Below, one piece after another: positions 27,675 through 41,717 of a stretch of DNA of 64,000 bases; positions within the stretch are counted from its first letter, which is position 1; every line of letters starts with the position of its first letter. The DNA is from Octopus sinensis (taxonomy: Eukaryota). A model generated the notes under the pieces. It ran no database searches. It worked only from the letters and a program-made list of their open reading frames with translations, and was not told the origin of the DNA. Location: NCBI RefSeq assembly GCF_006345805.1, contig NC_043011.1, positions 42,854,464 to 42,918,463 on the forward strand. The letters run 5' to 3'. A program made the translations under genes and the position numbers.

Positions 27675-27983
27675 GTTTTGTTGTTTGTTCCTTCTCGAGA
27701 CATGCCTGGCTCATAAGGGCCGGTTTCCCGGTTTCCTTGGCGTACAGGTTCCCCACCTGGACGGGACGCCGGTCCGTCGCAGGTGAGCTGCAAGATGAAG
27801 GAGGAAAGAGTGAGAGAAAGTTGTGGTGAAAGAGTCAGCAGAAGTTCGCCATTACCTTCTGCCGGAGTTGCGTGGAGCTTAGGTGTTTCGCTCATAAACA
27901 CACATATTGCCTGGTCTGAGATTCGAACCCGAGATCCCTCGACCGCGAGTCAGCTGCTCTAACCACTAAGCCATGTGCCTCCA
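27675..27983 (-). mobile_element. SINE family B head with tail type 2
   Basis: Shares head and central part with 11348 copy, then cctgcgacggaccggcgtcccgtccagg (V-SINE-like segment). Confidence 0.8.
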
Positions 27984-28039
27984 CATACCTTGCCCTCGTT
28001 GTGAATTACAGGACACACCGAGCGATGCAAACATGTACA

Positions 28040-28093
<54 letters not shown>

Positions 28094-28765
28094 AACACAC
28101 ACACATACACACATTACTGACAGAGGCAGTAGTAATGCCGAGAGATCTCCCTTCTTAAACGAGGATGTTCTGTTAGAACAAACAATACTGCGGTGGTTAA
28201 TACGAGAGAAACTTTCATGTCGGTTTTTGCTGCATTTTAGTGTGTTTTGCACCGAAAGCTAATATGCGAGTTTCTCTTACGGAAAATACCGCACCATTGT
28301 TTATACTAACAGAATATCCACGTTTAAGACGGGATATACACATGTGTATGTATGTGTGTGTGCATGCATGTGTGTGTGAATGCATTTGAGTGGGGGACTT
28401 CGTGTGTGTGAGTGTGTGTGTGTGCCTGTGTGTCTGTGTGTGTGTACAGACATACATATGGCAACCTAGGAAAACATTGACCGGAGGGTGGTATTTCTCC
28501 TTCTATATATAAGTATTTCTCTTCTCAGTTTACAAGTAGATTTGAGTGACGTTTGCAAGAAGCCATAGTCAAACAAATTATAACGTATATTAAAGTTGGC
28601 AGCTCTATTTCTTCTTTACAAGTCTTCGTGTTTTAGTATTCCACAGTGAGATAGAGCAGCGGGGAAGGAATGATTGAAAAGGTCTACAGAATTACAATGA
28701 GAGCTTAGAATATTTTACGTATGTATTTTTACACATATGTACGAGTCCATGCATATATATATATA

Positions 28766-28850
28766 CAGGCATTGGACAAAATATTGGAAACATCTTAAAA
28801 TTTCAGACGAATTTATTTTGATATGGCGTAGGACCGCCTTTGACAACCTC
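28766..28850 (+). mobile_element. Tc1-like terminal fragment
   Basis: TA-CAGGCATTGGACAAAATATTGGAAAC start, truncated by microsatellite. Confidence 0.55.
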
Positions 28851-28881
28851 ACACACACACACACATATATATATACATACA

Positions 28882-28964
<83 letters not shown>

Positions 28965-29150
28965 TAAAAAATGGAGTTAACGCAGGTTTAAACAAGTATT
29001 TTTACTTTCTACATATGTTTCGAAAATTCCACTGATACTATTCAAAAGAATAAAAGGTATAAACAATGCAATCTTCTCTTCGGGAAAGTGAAAAAACGAA
29101 ACTATTTATTTATTTATCCGTGTTAATTGTTAACAAGGTAAAATACACTC

Positions 29151-29223
<73 letters not shown>

Positions 29224-29233
29224 CCGGTGTTTT

Positions 29234-29275
29234 CAAAGCGATGAATAGATTTTGCGGAAACCATGGTTCGCTTTG
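29234..29275 (+). ncRNA. Minimal type I hammerhead-like motif, A3-U8 core
   Basis: CAAAGCG-AUGAAUA-G auuuug C G-GAAA-CCAUGG-UU-CGCUUUG: perfect 7-bp helix I, palindrome ACCAUGGU, GUU site. Confidence 0.55.
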
Positions 29276-29495
29276 TTTTCTTACTTTATTATCATCTTAT
29301 AATCATCTCTTAATAATGACTTTTTTTGTTCTTATTACTACCCCAGTCCATCTAAATGTATATATTTGTCGTTACCTGTCATAAAAAGCCTTTTTTTATT
29401 TGCAACGTGCATTTGCGTTGATTTTTCATATTTACCCTTACATTTCCACCTGTATTTTATATTTTCTTTTTGTAACATATTTCTACTATATATAT

Positions 29496-29530
<35 letters not shown>

Positions 29531-29599
29531 TATATAAAAATAAATATATGTACGTATATACATACATACATCATACATACATACATACATACATGCATA

Positions 29600-31079
29600 C
29601 AGGATTCGTAAGATATTTGAGGACAGATTTATGTTTATAAAAACAGATATATGATACCAGATAATGATTTTATTTATCAAAAATATGGTATGTGGATACA
29701 AATAAACCTTCTTTTCTATAATGTTATTCAATAAAGCCACCTTTAGCTTCAACTAATGCTTCTATATGAGATCTAAATGATCTACATGCTCGAATCATGT
29801 GGTCCTGGTTCATTGTGGACATTATTCTATGGCAACTTTCAAAGAATCTATGGTGTTATGGGCGTGTTCATTGACTTCTCTCTCAACAACGCTCCACATG
29901 TAATAGTCCAATGGATTAAGATCTGGGGGAATTAGGAGGCCATATGTTAGAGGTTATGTGGTCAGGAAAATTTTCAGCCTTCCATTCCTGTGTTACGAGA
30001 GCCATGTGTGATAGTGCAGGGTCTTACTGAAACACATGATCTTTCAAAGCATACACCGTCTATCTAGGGCTTAATAATTATTTTCGGGACCTCAATGTAG
30101 GCAGCAGAGTTAATTCTAAGGCCTTGTGGAAAGAAGTAAAGAGGCATCACATGTCCCTCATTGCTGACAACCCCCAAAACTATGACAATTTCAGAAAATT
30201 TTGTATGCATAATACTTCGAACTTCCGAAGAGTCTACACATTACAATATTTCATTTCTTCTGTTAGCTTTTTGATCTTGGCCGAAATTTTTTTCATTTCA
30301 GAAAAGCCAAATCAAATCTTCTTCTGCTGGATTTTTCAGTTTGTTTAAGAACCTTTTAGATCTAATGTAGTGGTTTTCTTTTGCTTTTTCTGACAAAATT
30401 ATATCTAATGTAAGAAATATTGAATTTCTAAATCTCTCGTAGAGACATGTACGGTGGTGGGGCGATAGAATGGTTGTATACTGTCAATCTAACAAGAACG
30501 TGACAGTAGCTTTGACACACTTTTTCCCTGTGTCCTTGGACACAGGGAAAAAATGTGTCAAAGCTATCAGGAGGCGTTCGATGCTTCCTAGGGCTATACA
30601 GCGGTGGTGTACCCCCTACTGTCACGTTCTTGTTAGATTGACAGTATACAACCATTCTATATCTAATGTCTTCGTGGAAAACATTTCTGACTGTTCCTTC
30701 AGGCACATGGAGATGTTTTGCAATTGACTGCATGGACTTTCTGGGATTGTAATCAATGGTCTGTTGAACTTGCTGGATAAATTCATGTATTCTGATGGTT
30801 TCAGAGCATTTAGAATCATTTTTATGCTTTGATACTGGAGATACGTTTGCATTTTCAGTCTCAGACTTTGTAGACAAAAGATCTGGAAACTTTTAAATAT
30901 CGAGATATTCCTAATACGCTATACTCAGCCATTATAACTACAATAACACCATGACCCTTCATTTTTCGAGTAAGCTGAGGGTCTGCCATTATTATTTTTT
31001 AAAAGGAAGATTATACAGAGTTAGCAGAAAATGCAGCAATGACCCAAAAAGGTATTCTTCAAATGCCTTACGCACCCTG
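29600..31079 (-). mobile_element. Tc1/mariner (DD37D maT-like) transposon, decayed
   Basis: TIR TA-CAGG(AT/GT)..CGTAAG..ATTTGA at both ends; WPPNSPDLNPLDYYMWSVVE, (S)DEKNF-like motif, HTH region; palindromic insert at 30465-30660. Confidence 0.9.
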
Positions 31080-31499
31080 TATACATACATACACAGCAAT
31101 AAACACTTTGTAGCTATATTCGTAATACATACATATCACACACACACACACACACTATATACACATACGCACACACACGCACACGAACACACACAAACAC
31201 AAACATATATGTGTATCTGTGCGTGCGTGTACATATGTCTATTTGTATGAAAGTACATGGTTCGCGTGAGGGTTTATGCGTGTAAATGCTAAACGAGATT
31301 AATATTTTCAAGTTGGTTCAAGAAAATAAACAAATATTTATTGATGGGGTGACTCAAAATTGAAAGTAGACTGAAAGATACTCTAAAGTTTATATCAAGT
31401 TTCATCTAACAGTTTATTTAAACTAGTTCGTGAAACAAACTTAAAAATCCCAGTCGACACAAATTTTACAATACATAAATAGTTATATCTATCTATCTG

Positions 31500-31579
<80 letters not shown>

Positions 31580-31629
31580 CCTACCTACTTACCTACCTAC
31601 CTACATACCTACTTATCTATCTATCTATC

Positions 31630-31682
<53 letters not shown>

Positions 31683-31686
31683 CCTA

Positions 31687-31804
<118 letters not shown>

Positions 31805-31951
31805 ATATAATCATGCATACTCACAGACATAATATACACTCTAATGCTATGTTTATTGTTTACATGTCAATTTAAAATTGCACTGCCTGGCATCGTTAGT
31901 AATGCTGTGTCTCCTGTGTCTCACATCAACATTGCAAGAACAACTATACCA

Positions 31952-32016
<65 letters not shown>

Positions 32017-32338
32017 AATTGTCGTATTCATTAATGTTGAAATTCGTCTAATATCTATTTCCTTAACGCACACCGTTTCTTAAATATACGTAGATAGATA
32101 CATACACGCAAACGCACACACACACACACATAGATATATATATATATTCTCATACACACATAAATACCGATAGACATACATGCAAATAATCGATAATAAC
32201 CAGAGTAATTGAAGTACTTCTGTTAATTGAATGAAGAAACAACGGAAATTCCTGCATTATGTCATTCCGGATGAATATCTGAAGAGGAAACTCCACCCAT
32301 TTGTCTGTCTCCACGTCTGTTTCTGCGTCTGCAACTTC

Positions 32339-32376
<38 letters not shown>

Positions 32377-33374
32377 ATATTGATGTATGTATATATATAA
32401 TTTATATATATATATATATATATATCTATATATAGGAGTGGCTGTGTGGTAAGTAGCTTGCTAACCAACCACATGTTCCGGGTTCAGTCCCACTGCGTGG
32501 CATCTTGGGCAAGTGTCTTCTACTATAGCCCCGCGCCGACCAATGCCTTGTGAGTGGATTTAGTAGACGGAAACTGAAAGAAGCCTGTCGTATATATGTA
32601 TATATATATTGTGTGTGTATATGTTTGTGTGTCTGTGTTTGTCCCCCTAGCATTGCTTGACAAACTGATGTGGTGTGTTACGCCCCCGTTACTTAGCGGT
32701 TCGGCAAAACAGACCGATAGAATAAGTACTGGGCTTACAAAGAATAAGTCCCGGGGTCGATTTGCTCGACTAAAGGCGGTGCTTCAGCATGGCCGCAGTC
32801 AAATGACTGAAACAAGTAAAAGAGTAAAAGAGTAAAGAGTATATATATATATATACATTTATGTGTGTGCATGTATATATCTTATATATAGTAGACCCAA
32901 AGATGTTTCTGTGTGTACAGGCCTTTTTCTTGACTCCCCTTAAAATAAATATTTTTCATCCGATTTTGTTCACGTTGGGAATATACATTACTTATGCTCC
33001 AGAGATCGTCATAAACTCTTCAAATCTCCCACATAATGAGTAATGCCGCCCCTAGGGGACTAAAATACCATCTCATAGGGAAATAACAACCACCAACGAT
33101 CGTTCCTTCAAGGGACATTACTCTTGATGACGTTATGCTACTTTCACTTTGTCTTCTACTACAGTTTTTACAATGCCCATTCACTGCAAACCGGCAATAT
33201 TTGCCCATTAGCACTTCCTTGAAGTAGCCATGCAATTTAAAATAAATTTTAATTAATTTTTAAATGCCTTCAGAAATTAATCCCTATTATATAAATTCTC
33301 TACTTTTATTTATACCTTGTTGTGAGAGTTACGCAGTTTTTACAATGCACATACATTGCAAACTGCCGATACTT

Positions 33375-33735
33375 GCACGTTTGCACAGGGCTGTTCTTCC
33401 ACCTACAAATGCAGCTGTCACCACTCTTAACTACGACTAACTCAGTAAGCTACCTTCTCAAGAATGCTACTATAGATCAGTTGACACCGTTATCGATATC
33501 AATCAGGTTACAGGCTTTCCAACAGAATTTCTCAACTCCCAACATTCTTCAGGACTCCCTCCCTATGAATTTCACTTAAAAGTCGGTTGACCTATCATCC
33601 TCCTAGGCAATTTAAACGCACCCACAATATGCAATGGAACCTCATCATTAAAGCCCAAATTATCACGGGACACGGCAAAAATGATACTGTTTTTATTTCG
33701 AAAATTCCGCTAACCTCAACAGACTGCCCCTACAG
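33375..33735 (+). pseudogene. Helitron PIF1-like helicase fragment
   Basis: RAVLPPTN, FPTEFLNS..SGLPP...LKVG.PIILL.NLN...CNGT, IITGHG...VFI.KIPL. Confidence 0.88.
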
Positions 33736-33789
33736 AGAGCCTAATTGTAGCAGCCCAACATCATGCGATAAAAACAAGTAGCTTGAGAA

Positions 33790-34400
33790 ATAATGTATAT
33801 CGGGAGAATGTGTCAGAAAAATGTAGAGCCTGTGGAACTTGGAACGAGACAGTGGCATATATTGTGGAAGAATGCCCCAAGATGGCACTGGGAGAATATA
33901 AGAAATAAAGGCACGACTAGATTGTAAATTTTATGCACTGGAAACAGTACCAGAAATGGGGAATTGATGCTGGAAACACATGGTACAATCATCGAATCCG
34001 AAAGAGTACTGGAGTCGGAGAAATGTAAGATTTTGTGGGACTTTCCTATTCAAACGGACAAGAAATTAGAAAATAATAAACCAGATATAACGATCGTATA
34101 TAAGGTAAAGCGAAGTTGCTTACTTACCAACCCATCATGACCGTTTGATTCCAGGATCGTAAAGAAAGAAGAAGAAAAACAAAAAGAAATACATTCCCTT
34201 AACGTTTCAAATAGGAAGAATTTGGAGCATGCGAACAATAAAGGTCGTACCTATAATAAGTGGTGCGTTGGGAACAGTTAGTCAAGATATAGACAAATGA
34301 CTGACGGAGATTGAAATAAAATTCCCGGTTGAAATAGAATCCCCTATAGAAAATTCTCTTTCTTAAGGACAGTGAGGATCATCAGGAGGGTTCTAATCAC
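33790..34400 (+). pseudogene. R4/Dong-like (restriction-like endonuclease) LINE C-terminal fragment
   Basis: CR.CG...ETV..IV..C zinc finger, RHD, KILWDFPIQTD, KPDI (PD-(D/E)xK endonuclease). Confidence 0.88.
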
Positions 34401-35057
34401 TTGAAAAACTGCTGAAAACTTGTGGATACCTAAGGTTACAAGTAGTAACCTGCTATCCACATAATTCCTATCAGGAATAAGACCGAATCTGTACCAAACC
34501 AAAATAGTAATAATTATTGTTCTGATGCAGTAGCAGGCAGTTGCTCTCGTAGCTTCTGATCGTATCTGAGTGCAAGTGTTATGATGTACATGTTTGTCCT
34601 GGTGTAGAAGATGGGCTACAGCAAATATTCTACTCAATACCGCTGATTTGCTTTTCACTAACTTGACCCTAACCAGTTGAGTAAGTTCCTTGGGGCTGAG
34701 ATGTGCATCTCTGATAACGAAGCGGATTAGTGGAGGAGCATCATAGCTATGTGTTAAGAGGCATTCTGTGGGGTTTGAATGATTCCCTCTTGGAAAAATG
34801 GGTGTTTCGTTCATCATCCTTAAACCAACCTTGTTCAGGGACTTTTTGAGTTGGATGGTCTACTCGACCTGAAGAAAATTCTAACTCGGCCCCAGCTACA
34901 AGGTCATGGACTGTTTTTCTTCATCATCATGTCGCGCACATGGTTGAGCTCCATGTTCCTGGAACCCTTATTAGACGGATAGTCATGATGGGTATACTTG
35001 GGTTTGCATATTCGTACCCTAACCTCACTTGGATGACATGCACTACTCTCAAATCTC

Positions 35058-35146
<89 letters not shown>

Positions 35147-35299
35147 CAACAACAATAATCCTTTCTAGTAGAGGTATAAGGTCTGAAATTCTGTTTGTTA
35201 TCATTGCAGGACAAACTCATGCAGATTCATCGGCTGACCAATTGTTTACTTGCCGTGCGAATTCTGGTCATTGTTATCTAGCCAGACATCAGAATTGAA

Positions 35300-38200
35300 C
35301 TTCGGTTTTGAGACTTGAACCCGCAGTTGGTTCAGATATGATCATTTAGCTCTTTGGCCATCAATTCAGCATCATTCTTCTGATATTGCTTTGCTTGTTA
35401 ATCGTCAACACTTTTCCTTTTTTTATCCTTTCTTATTCAACAGTAACTTATGAGAGTCCATAACAACTTCATTGAAAGCGTCTGCATTTGAAGTTTGTTT
35501 TATTGATTGAAATTTAATCTTAAAATTGTAACCGAATAAATCCAGCGTCCAACATTGTAATGGCTGCATTGTCATTTTAGGAAAGTTCTTTTTCAGGATT
35601 AAGTGTTATTGTAGTAATTTCTGAATAGTAAACGGTATAAATTTCTTAGCAAATAAATACTGATCATATTTATTATCAGTAAATATAACAGTTCAATCTT
35701 CTATATCTGCTTAAGAATAATATTTTCAGCTTCTGTCAACATTTTAGACACAAACTTTCTTGCAGTCTGTTACAGAGAACTTCGCCTAATATTTGGTTTT
35801 TTCCATATGTGACAGGAAACTACACCTATTTCACTTTGAGGTGCTTTGTTTGGAGCAATCAATGTCTTTGTTTCTTCATAAAGAAACAGATTGTTTTCTC
35901 CACCAACAATTTCTTCAATAAATTGAAAGCCGTGTTACATCCAACGGACTAATTTTAATTTTCATTTTATCTCCATTCATGTCTTAATGGGCTACAAATC
36001 ACTGAAAAAATTGTCTTTTCTCTCTCTCTCTCTGCCTCCCTTTCTACCCCCCTCTCTCTCTCAGTTTGCCAGTTTGAATTCTCTTGCTAATTATAACGTG
36101 CCTAAGAATTTTACGTTAATTTGCAAAGATTCGTATTACTCCATTTGTTGTCAGAATCCAAATTATTCAGTTTTCTGAAAAACTACCGATAAAATTTTAT
36201 CGTTCTCTTATCTGCTTCCCTCTTCTACCAATGCATCATCCAAGCAAGCAATATTCTACTCTAAACTGCTTGTCGACATATCAATGGTTTTTCTGAAATA
36301 TGACTGGAAATGATGACAGACTAAATTGCAATCTTTCCTACTGGAATAAAGTCTAGGAACTATTGACTTTTTTTTCATTCTTGAAGCAATTCCAATGTTA
36401 ATTAATCATAGAAGAGATATAAAAATCTTTGCAACCATTTAACTTTCTGAATACATCATTAGTTTTGAGAACAAGATTGCTGTACAGCAAGATGTTTTAC
36501 GATAAACGTATAGTCACTACAAGTTCTTATTTTTACAGTTTCTTTTAAGACTATCGTAGTACAAGTTGACCACAGTGTAGAATCAATGGCTTTTTAAATG
36601 CCTGCGTTGACCATTTAGTCCAGGTCAGCATTCAGATCATATCCATTGAGAGACATTTTAACGCAAATTGTAAAATTTCGACCGAGCTATTTCTATCAAT
36701 TTACAAAAGAGCATTCACTTCGTATCAAAGCTAAAATCAACTTTAAGTACCAAAGAAGTTTTATCCAAAATATTTTGCAATCGGTTATCAAATTCTTTTT
36801 TATTTTCAGTTTTTTTTTATTCACATTCAATTCAATAACTCTCTTATCTGAGAATGAATTAAGGGAATTATGCCCACTTTAAAACAATTCCGAAACCATT
36901 TCCTGCCTAACAATAGAGTATCATCTTTTTTTTTTTTTGTATAACAATCTCAATTTGAATGTGTTTCTTGATAGCTGAAATTTCTTGGTAGCTAAAATTT
37001 CACACATCTTTTTCATTGAAATTGGTTTGTGCCATGGTAAAAACACCCAAAAACTTTGATGGATTTCAATTCCCGTTTTCTTATTTTTGACCGCTGGGTC
37101 GAGTTAGGAAACGCAACTGCTTCAGTATCATATTTGTATTCAGTTAAATATCTATTCACTTCCAATGGAATTTTATTAAACTTGTTTTTCTTACATTTAT
37201 TATTACTAATGTAACATTTTCAAATGTGAATATTTGATTTTGATTTTGATTTGATTTTTCCAGTTTCAGCTCATGAGCTGTGGCCATGCTGGGGCACCGC
37301 CATTTGCTCAGTTTTACTTTTAAAATTCTTCTTATTATTATTAATTTGCAGATAGTTAACCCCCTTATTGTAATACAATCTGAACCTATACTCCTCCCTA
37401 AATGACATTGTATGACTGCATTTTACTTTTTTTCTTCGGATAATTTTTTTATCTATCTACTCTGTTACTTTTACATCTGTAGCAATCTGTCTTTTGATTC
37501 GTGTTCAATATTATGTTCTTGCCCTGCACAGCAACAGCACCTGAATTATCAGTCTCAGGCTTTCTTCACGGTAAATTTGAAGACTTTTGTTGGCTCACGC
37601 AACAGTCATAGCAATATTCGATGCTTTTTCAATGTGCTGGACTAATTTCCTTCAAATGTTGCGCATTTTTCATATCTGTATCCAAAATTACTTTGTCTCG
37701 ATTCATATCATTTTTATCTCTGAAGCCAAACTATACTCATTTCTGTTTTAATTCTACCGCATTACCCGTTCAATTTTTTTCAGTAACAACTGCAAAAGAT
37801 TATGTCTAAACATCACAGGATTTCTCTCCCTTTCAAAATGTGTAATCAAATTTTCCTGATTTCAAGCTGTTTACGTTTTCCTTAATCTTTTGGTAACATC
37901 AAAGCGATAGCCAATTTAAATATTTTACGATCAGCTTTATTGACAAAAATATATCAAATAATACTTTTATTTATTTCTTTTATTTAGAACATGGTTTTGT
38001 TTCGTTGGAAACAAGTTCTTATACAGACACACAAAGTTATAGAAACGCTTTTCTTCTTGGCTTACTCCACAAAATAATCTGAATTTATTCACCCAGATTT
38101 ATTCACTTCAATTATTATAATACAATTTTCTAGTGACTTTTATAAAATCTAAGTTTCTTCATAGCAACCTCACTGTTAAAAAATTTTCGTTACCGTCTTA

Positions 38201-38300
38201 TTCTTTTCTTTAGAAGTATCTCGTCTTAGTCGTAATATTTTGTTGTTCATACTTCTTGGTCAGGACGCGCAACTCGGAATGCAAGACTGACAAAAATAGA
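35300..38300 (-). pseudogene. Very decayed LINE (APE endonuclease plus RT; RTE/L2-like)
   Basis: Scattered conceptual motifs resembling IDYILVN, DF.KAFD.VD and KTK.MI; no intact frame. Confidence 0.35.
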
Positions 38301-38463
38301 ATTGTATACTGTCTATGAGCACAGTGTGTGATGATAATTGCTTCTAACATAGGTACAAAGTTTGAAAACTTTCTCTGGCTGTTTGGGGTGGAGTGTAACA
38401 GTCTAATATTTGATAATAGTACTTGACAAATGTTGTATTTTATCGACTCGGAAGGAATGAAAA

Positions 38464-38565
38464 ACAGCTGATCTCAGCCAGATTTGAACTCGAAACGTAA
38501 AGAGTCGAACACAGCTGATCTCAGCCAGATTTGAACTCGAAACGTAAAGAGTCGAACACAGCTGA
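38464..38565 (+). repeat. 47-bp tandem duplication within a decayed SINE A
   Basis: Exact units at 38464 and 38511, partial third at 38558. Confidence 0.9.
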
Positions 38566-38957
38566 CTTAGAAAATCGTGGTTTCTATAGAATTTACGCTT
38601 GTGGAAACTATGATTCTGTCAGACAGCTATATGACTGCTATTATCACAAGATTCTTTCCTTCATCTTCTATACAATTTCTGATATTTTGATGATGTAAGA
38701 TGATTGCTTACATTTTTTGCCTAACAGAAAAAAATCATTAAAGAAATACCTGTAAAAATGTATTAAATAAACGCAAAAATCTTATTCCCAATGTTTCCAT
38801 AATATGCTCTGTTTTAAATACCGAGGGATGATTTTAGCAAGATATTGAGATTTTTGTTTAGGAATCGAACTTTCGCTCTCAAATGGGTAACATAGACTTC
38901 TGAACATTGGTTACATTTTGTGCTCTATATAGCTCAAAATACACAAATATGCATATA

Positions 38958-39024
<67 letters not shown>

Positions 39025-39301
39025 CACACACACGCATATTCATATATATTTCTTAAAAAGTGGTTTGTGAAAGTATTTTTGATATAGTCACAATTTTTAA
39101 AGAAAGATTTTCTTAAAGTAAAATTATTCACTCTTTCAAAAATATCTTGAAACGAATAGAATGACAGATTGATTTGTGCCATTCTGGGATTTTAAAAGAT
39201 TTTTTTATGAAAGATTTATTTCTATATGATTTATAAATTTATAAATTTCCATATATCAGTGCATGTGTGCGTATGTAAACATGTGTAGAACATAAATATA
39301 T

Positions 39302-39425
39302 ATGTATACATACATACATACATACATACATACATACATACATACATACATACATACATACATACATGCATACATGCATACATACATGCATACATGCATA
39401 CATACATACATACATACATACATAC

Positions 39426-39456
<31 letters not shown>

Positions 39457-39489
39457 CATACATACATACATGCATACATGCATACATAC

Positions 39490-39520
<31 letters not shown>

Positions 39521-39541
39521 CATACAGACATACATACATAC

Positions 39542-39572
<31 letters not shown>

Positions 39573-39712
39573 CATCATACATGCATACATACATACATAC
39601 ATGCATACATACATACATACATACATACATACATACATGCATACATGCATACATACATACATACATGCATACATGCATACATACATACATACATACATAC
39701 ATACATACATAC

Positions 39713-39743
<31 letters not shown>

Positions 39744-39988
39744 CATACATACATACATACATGCATACATACATACATACATACATGCATACATGCATAC
39801 ATACATACATACATGCATACATACATACATACATATATACATACATACATACATGCATACATACATACATACATGCATACATGCATACATACATACATAC
39901 ATACATACATACATGCATACATGCATACATACATACATACAGGCATACATGCATACATACATACATACATACATACATACATACATAC

Positions 39989-40019
<31 letters not shown>

Positions 40020-40040
40020 CATACATACATGCATACATAC

Positions 40041-40071
<31 letters not shown>

Positions 40072-40596
40072 CATACATACATACATGCATACATACATAC
40101 ATACATACATGCATACATACATACATACATGCATACATACATACATACATACATACATACATACATGCATACATGCATACATACATACATACATGCATAC
40201 ATGCATACATACATACATACATACATACATACATACTTACATGCATACATACATACATACATACATACATACATGCATACATACATACATACATACATAC
40301 ATACATACATACATACATGCATACATGCATACATACATACATACATGCATACATGCATACATACATACATACATACATACATACATGCATACATACTTAC
40401 ATGCATACATACATACATACATATATACATACATGCATACATACATACATACATACATACATACATACATACATGCATACATGCATACATACATACATAC
40501 ATACATACATACATACATGCATACATGCATACATACATACATACATGCATACATGCATACATACATACATACATACATACATACATACATACATAC

Positions 40597-40627
<31 letters not shown>

Positions 40628-40652
40628 CATACATACATACATACATACATAC

Positions 40653-40683
<31 letters not shown>

Positions 40684-40730
40684 CATACATACATGCATAC
40701 ATACATACATACATGCACACATACATACAT
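39302..40730. repeat. 1.43-kb (ATAC)n satellite with ATGC/ACTT variants
   Basis: Direct reading; source of all HTYI/YVCM ORFs. Confidence 0.98.
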
Positions 40731-40898
40731 AAATTTTAAAATCCGACGATGGAGCTTTGTATTCTTGTTAGGAACCTGCTTCTTCTTAAAGGGGGGAATT
40801 TAAATAACTAAAAACTGAAAAGTATATGTATATATACAGATATATATGTATGTGTGTGTGTACAGATACATACATATATACATACATACATACATACA

Positions 40899-40963
<65 letters not shown>

Positions 40964-40986
40964 GTTGTTTTCAATAGTTGTTTTCA

Positions 40987-41541
40987 ATAATAGAAATATT
41001 AAAATAACTAAGTCTCTCTAAAAGAGAACAGCGGCAGCGTTCCCGGAAAATAATAGTTATCGCCATACTAATATGGCATTCTTATAAAAATAAGAAAAAA
41101 GCTGTCCGCTTATTAGCTCCATGAGGCCATCGCCTTAAGTTAGCTATTTGATACACAAACTGTATCCATATAACCTTCGAACAAGGGAAAACAAGTGGAT
41201 GTATTCCACCGAAACTAGGTAAATAAAACCATCGAACAGAGATTGTCGGAAGCGACACCTACTGGCTGGCTACGCTGCATTGAAAAGGGGCAATACCCCG
41301 AAACGCGTCTGTAGCTGCCGGTCAAGTAGTGTGGAGCGACTGACCTCCCTTGTTCGAAGGTTATATGGATACAGTTTGTGTATCAAATAGCTAACTTAAG
41401 GCGATGGCCTCATGGAGCTAATAAGCGGACAGCTTTTTTCTTATTTTTATAAGAATGCCATATTAGTATGGCGATAACTATTATTTTCCGGGAACGCTGC
41501 CGCTGTTCTCTTTTAGAGAGACTTAGTTATTTTAATATTTC

Positions 41542-41547
<6 letters not shown>
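40987..41547. mobile_element. Penelope-like inverted pLTR element: perfect 202-bp inverted repeat, 157-bp spacer
   Basis: 40987-41188 is the reverse complement of 41346-41547; spacer holds a hammerhead; TA tracts nearby on both sides. Confidence 0.8.
41274..41315 (+). ncRNA. Minimal type I hammerhead ribozyme, U3-A8 core variant
   Basis: GCUGCA-UUGAAAA-GGGG caaua CCCC-GAAA-CGCGUC-UGUAGC: 6-bp helix I, 4-bp helix II, palindromic ACGCGU helix III, predicted cut after C41309. Confidence 0.8.
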
Positions 41548-41579
<32 letters not shown>

Positions 41580-41717
41580 ACATATATGTATGTATGTATA
41601 AAGGAAAGCAGAGTTAGCAGTTGTGGTAACCAACTAAGGGATAACAGTATCCGTGTTTACTGTCGGTATCAATTACCTGTGCTATCCCCGGGCATGGGTA
41701 TGCAGGTACAACAAACA

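Noticed and set aside
39302-40803. ORFs of 450-476 aa
   Set aside because: Translations of (ATAC)n; no coding complexity
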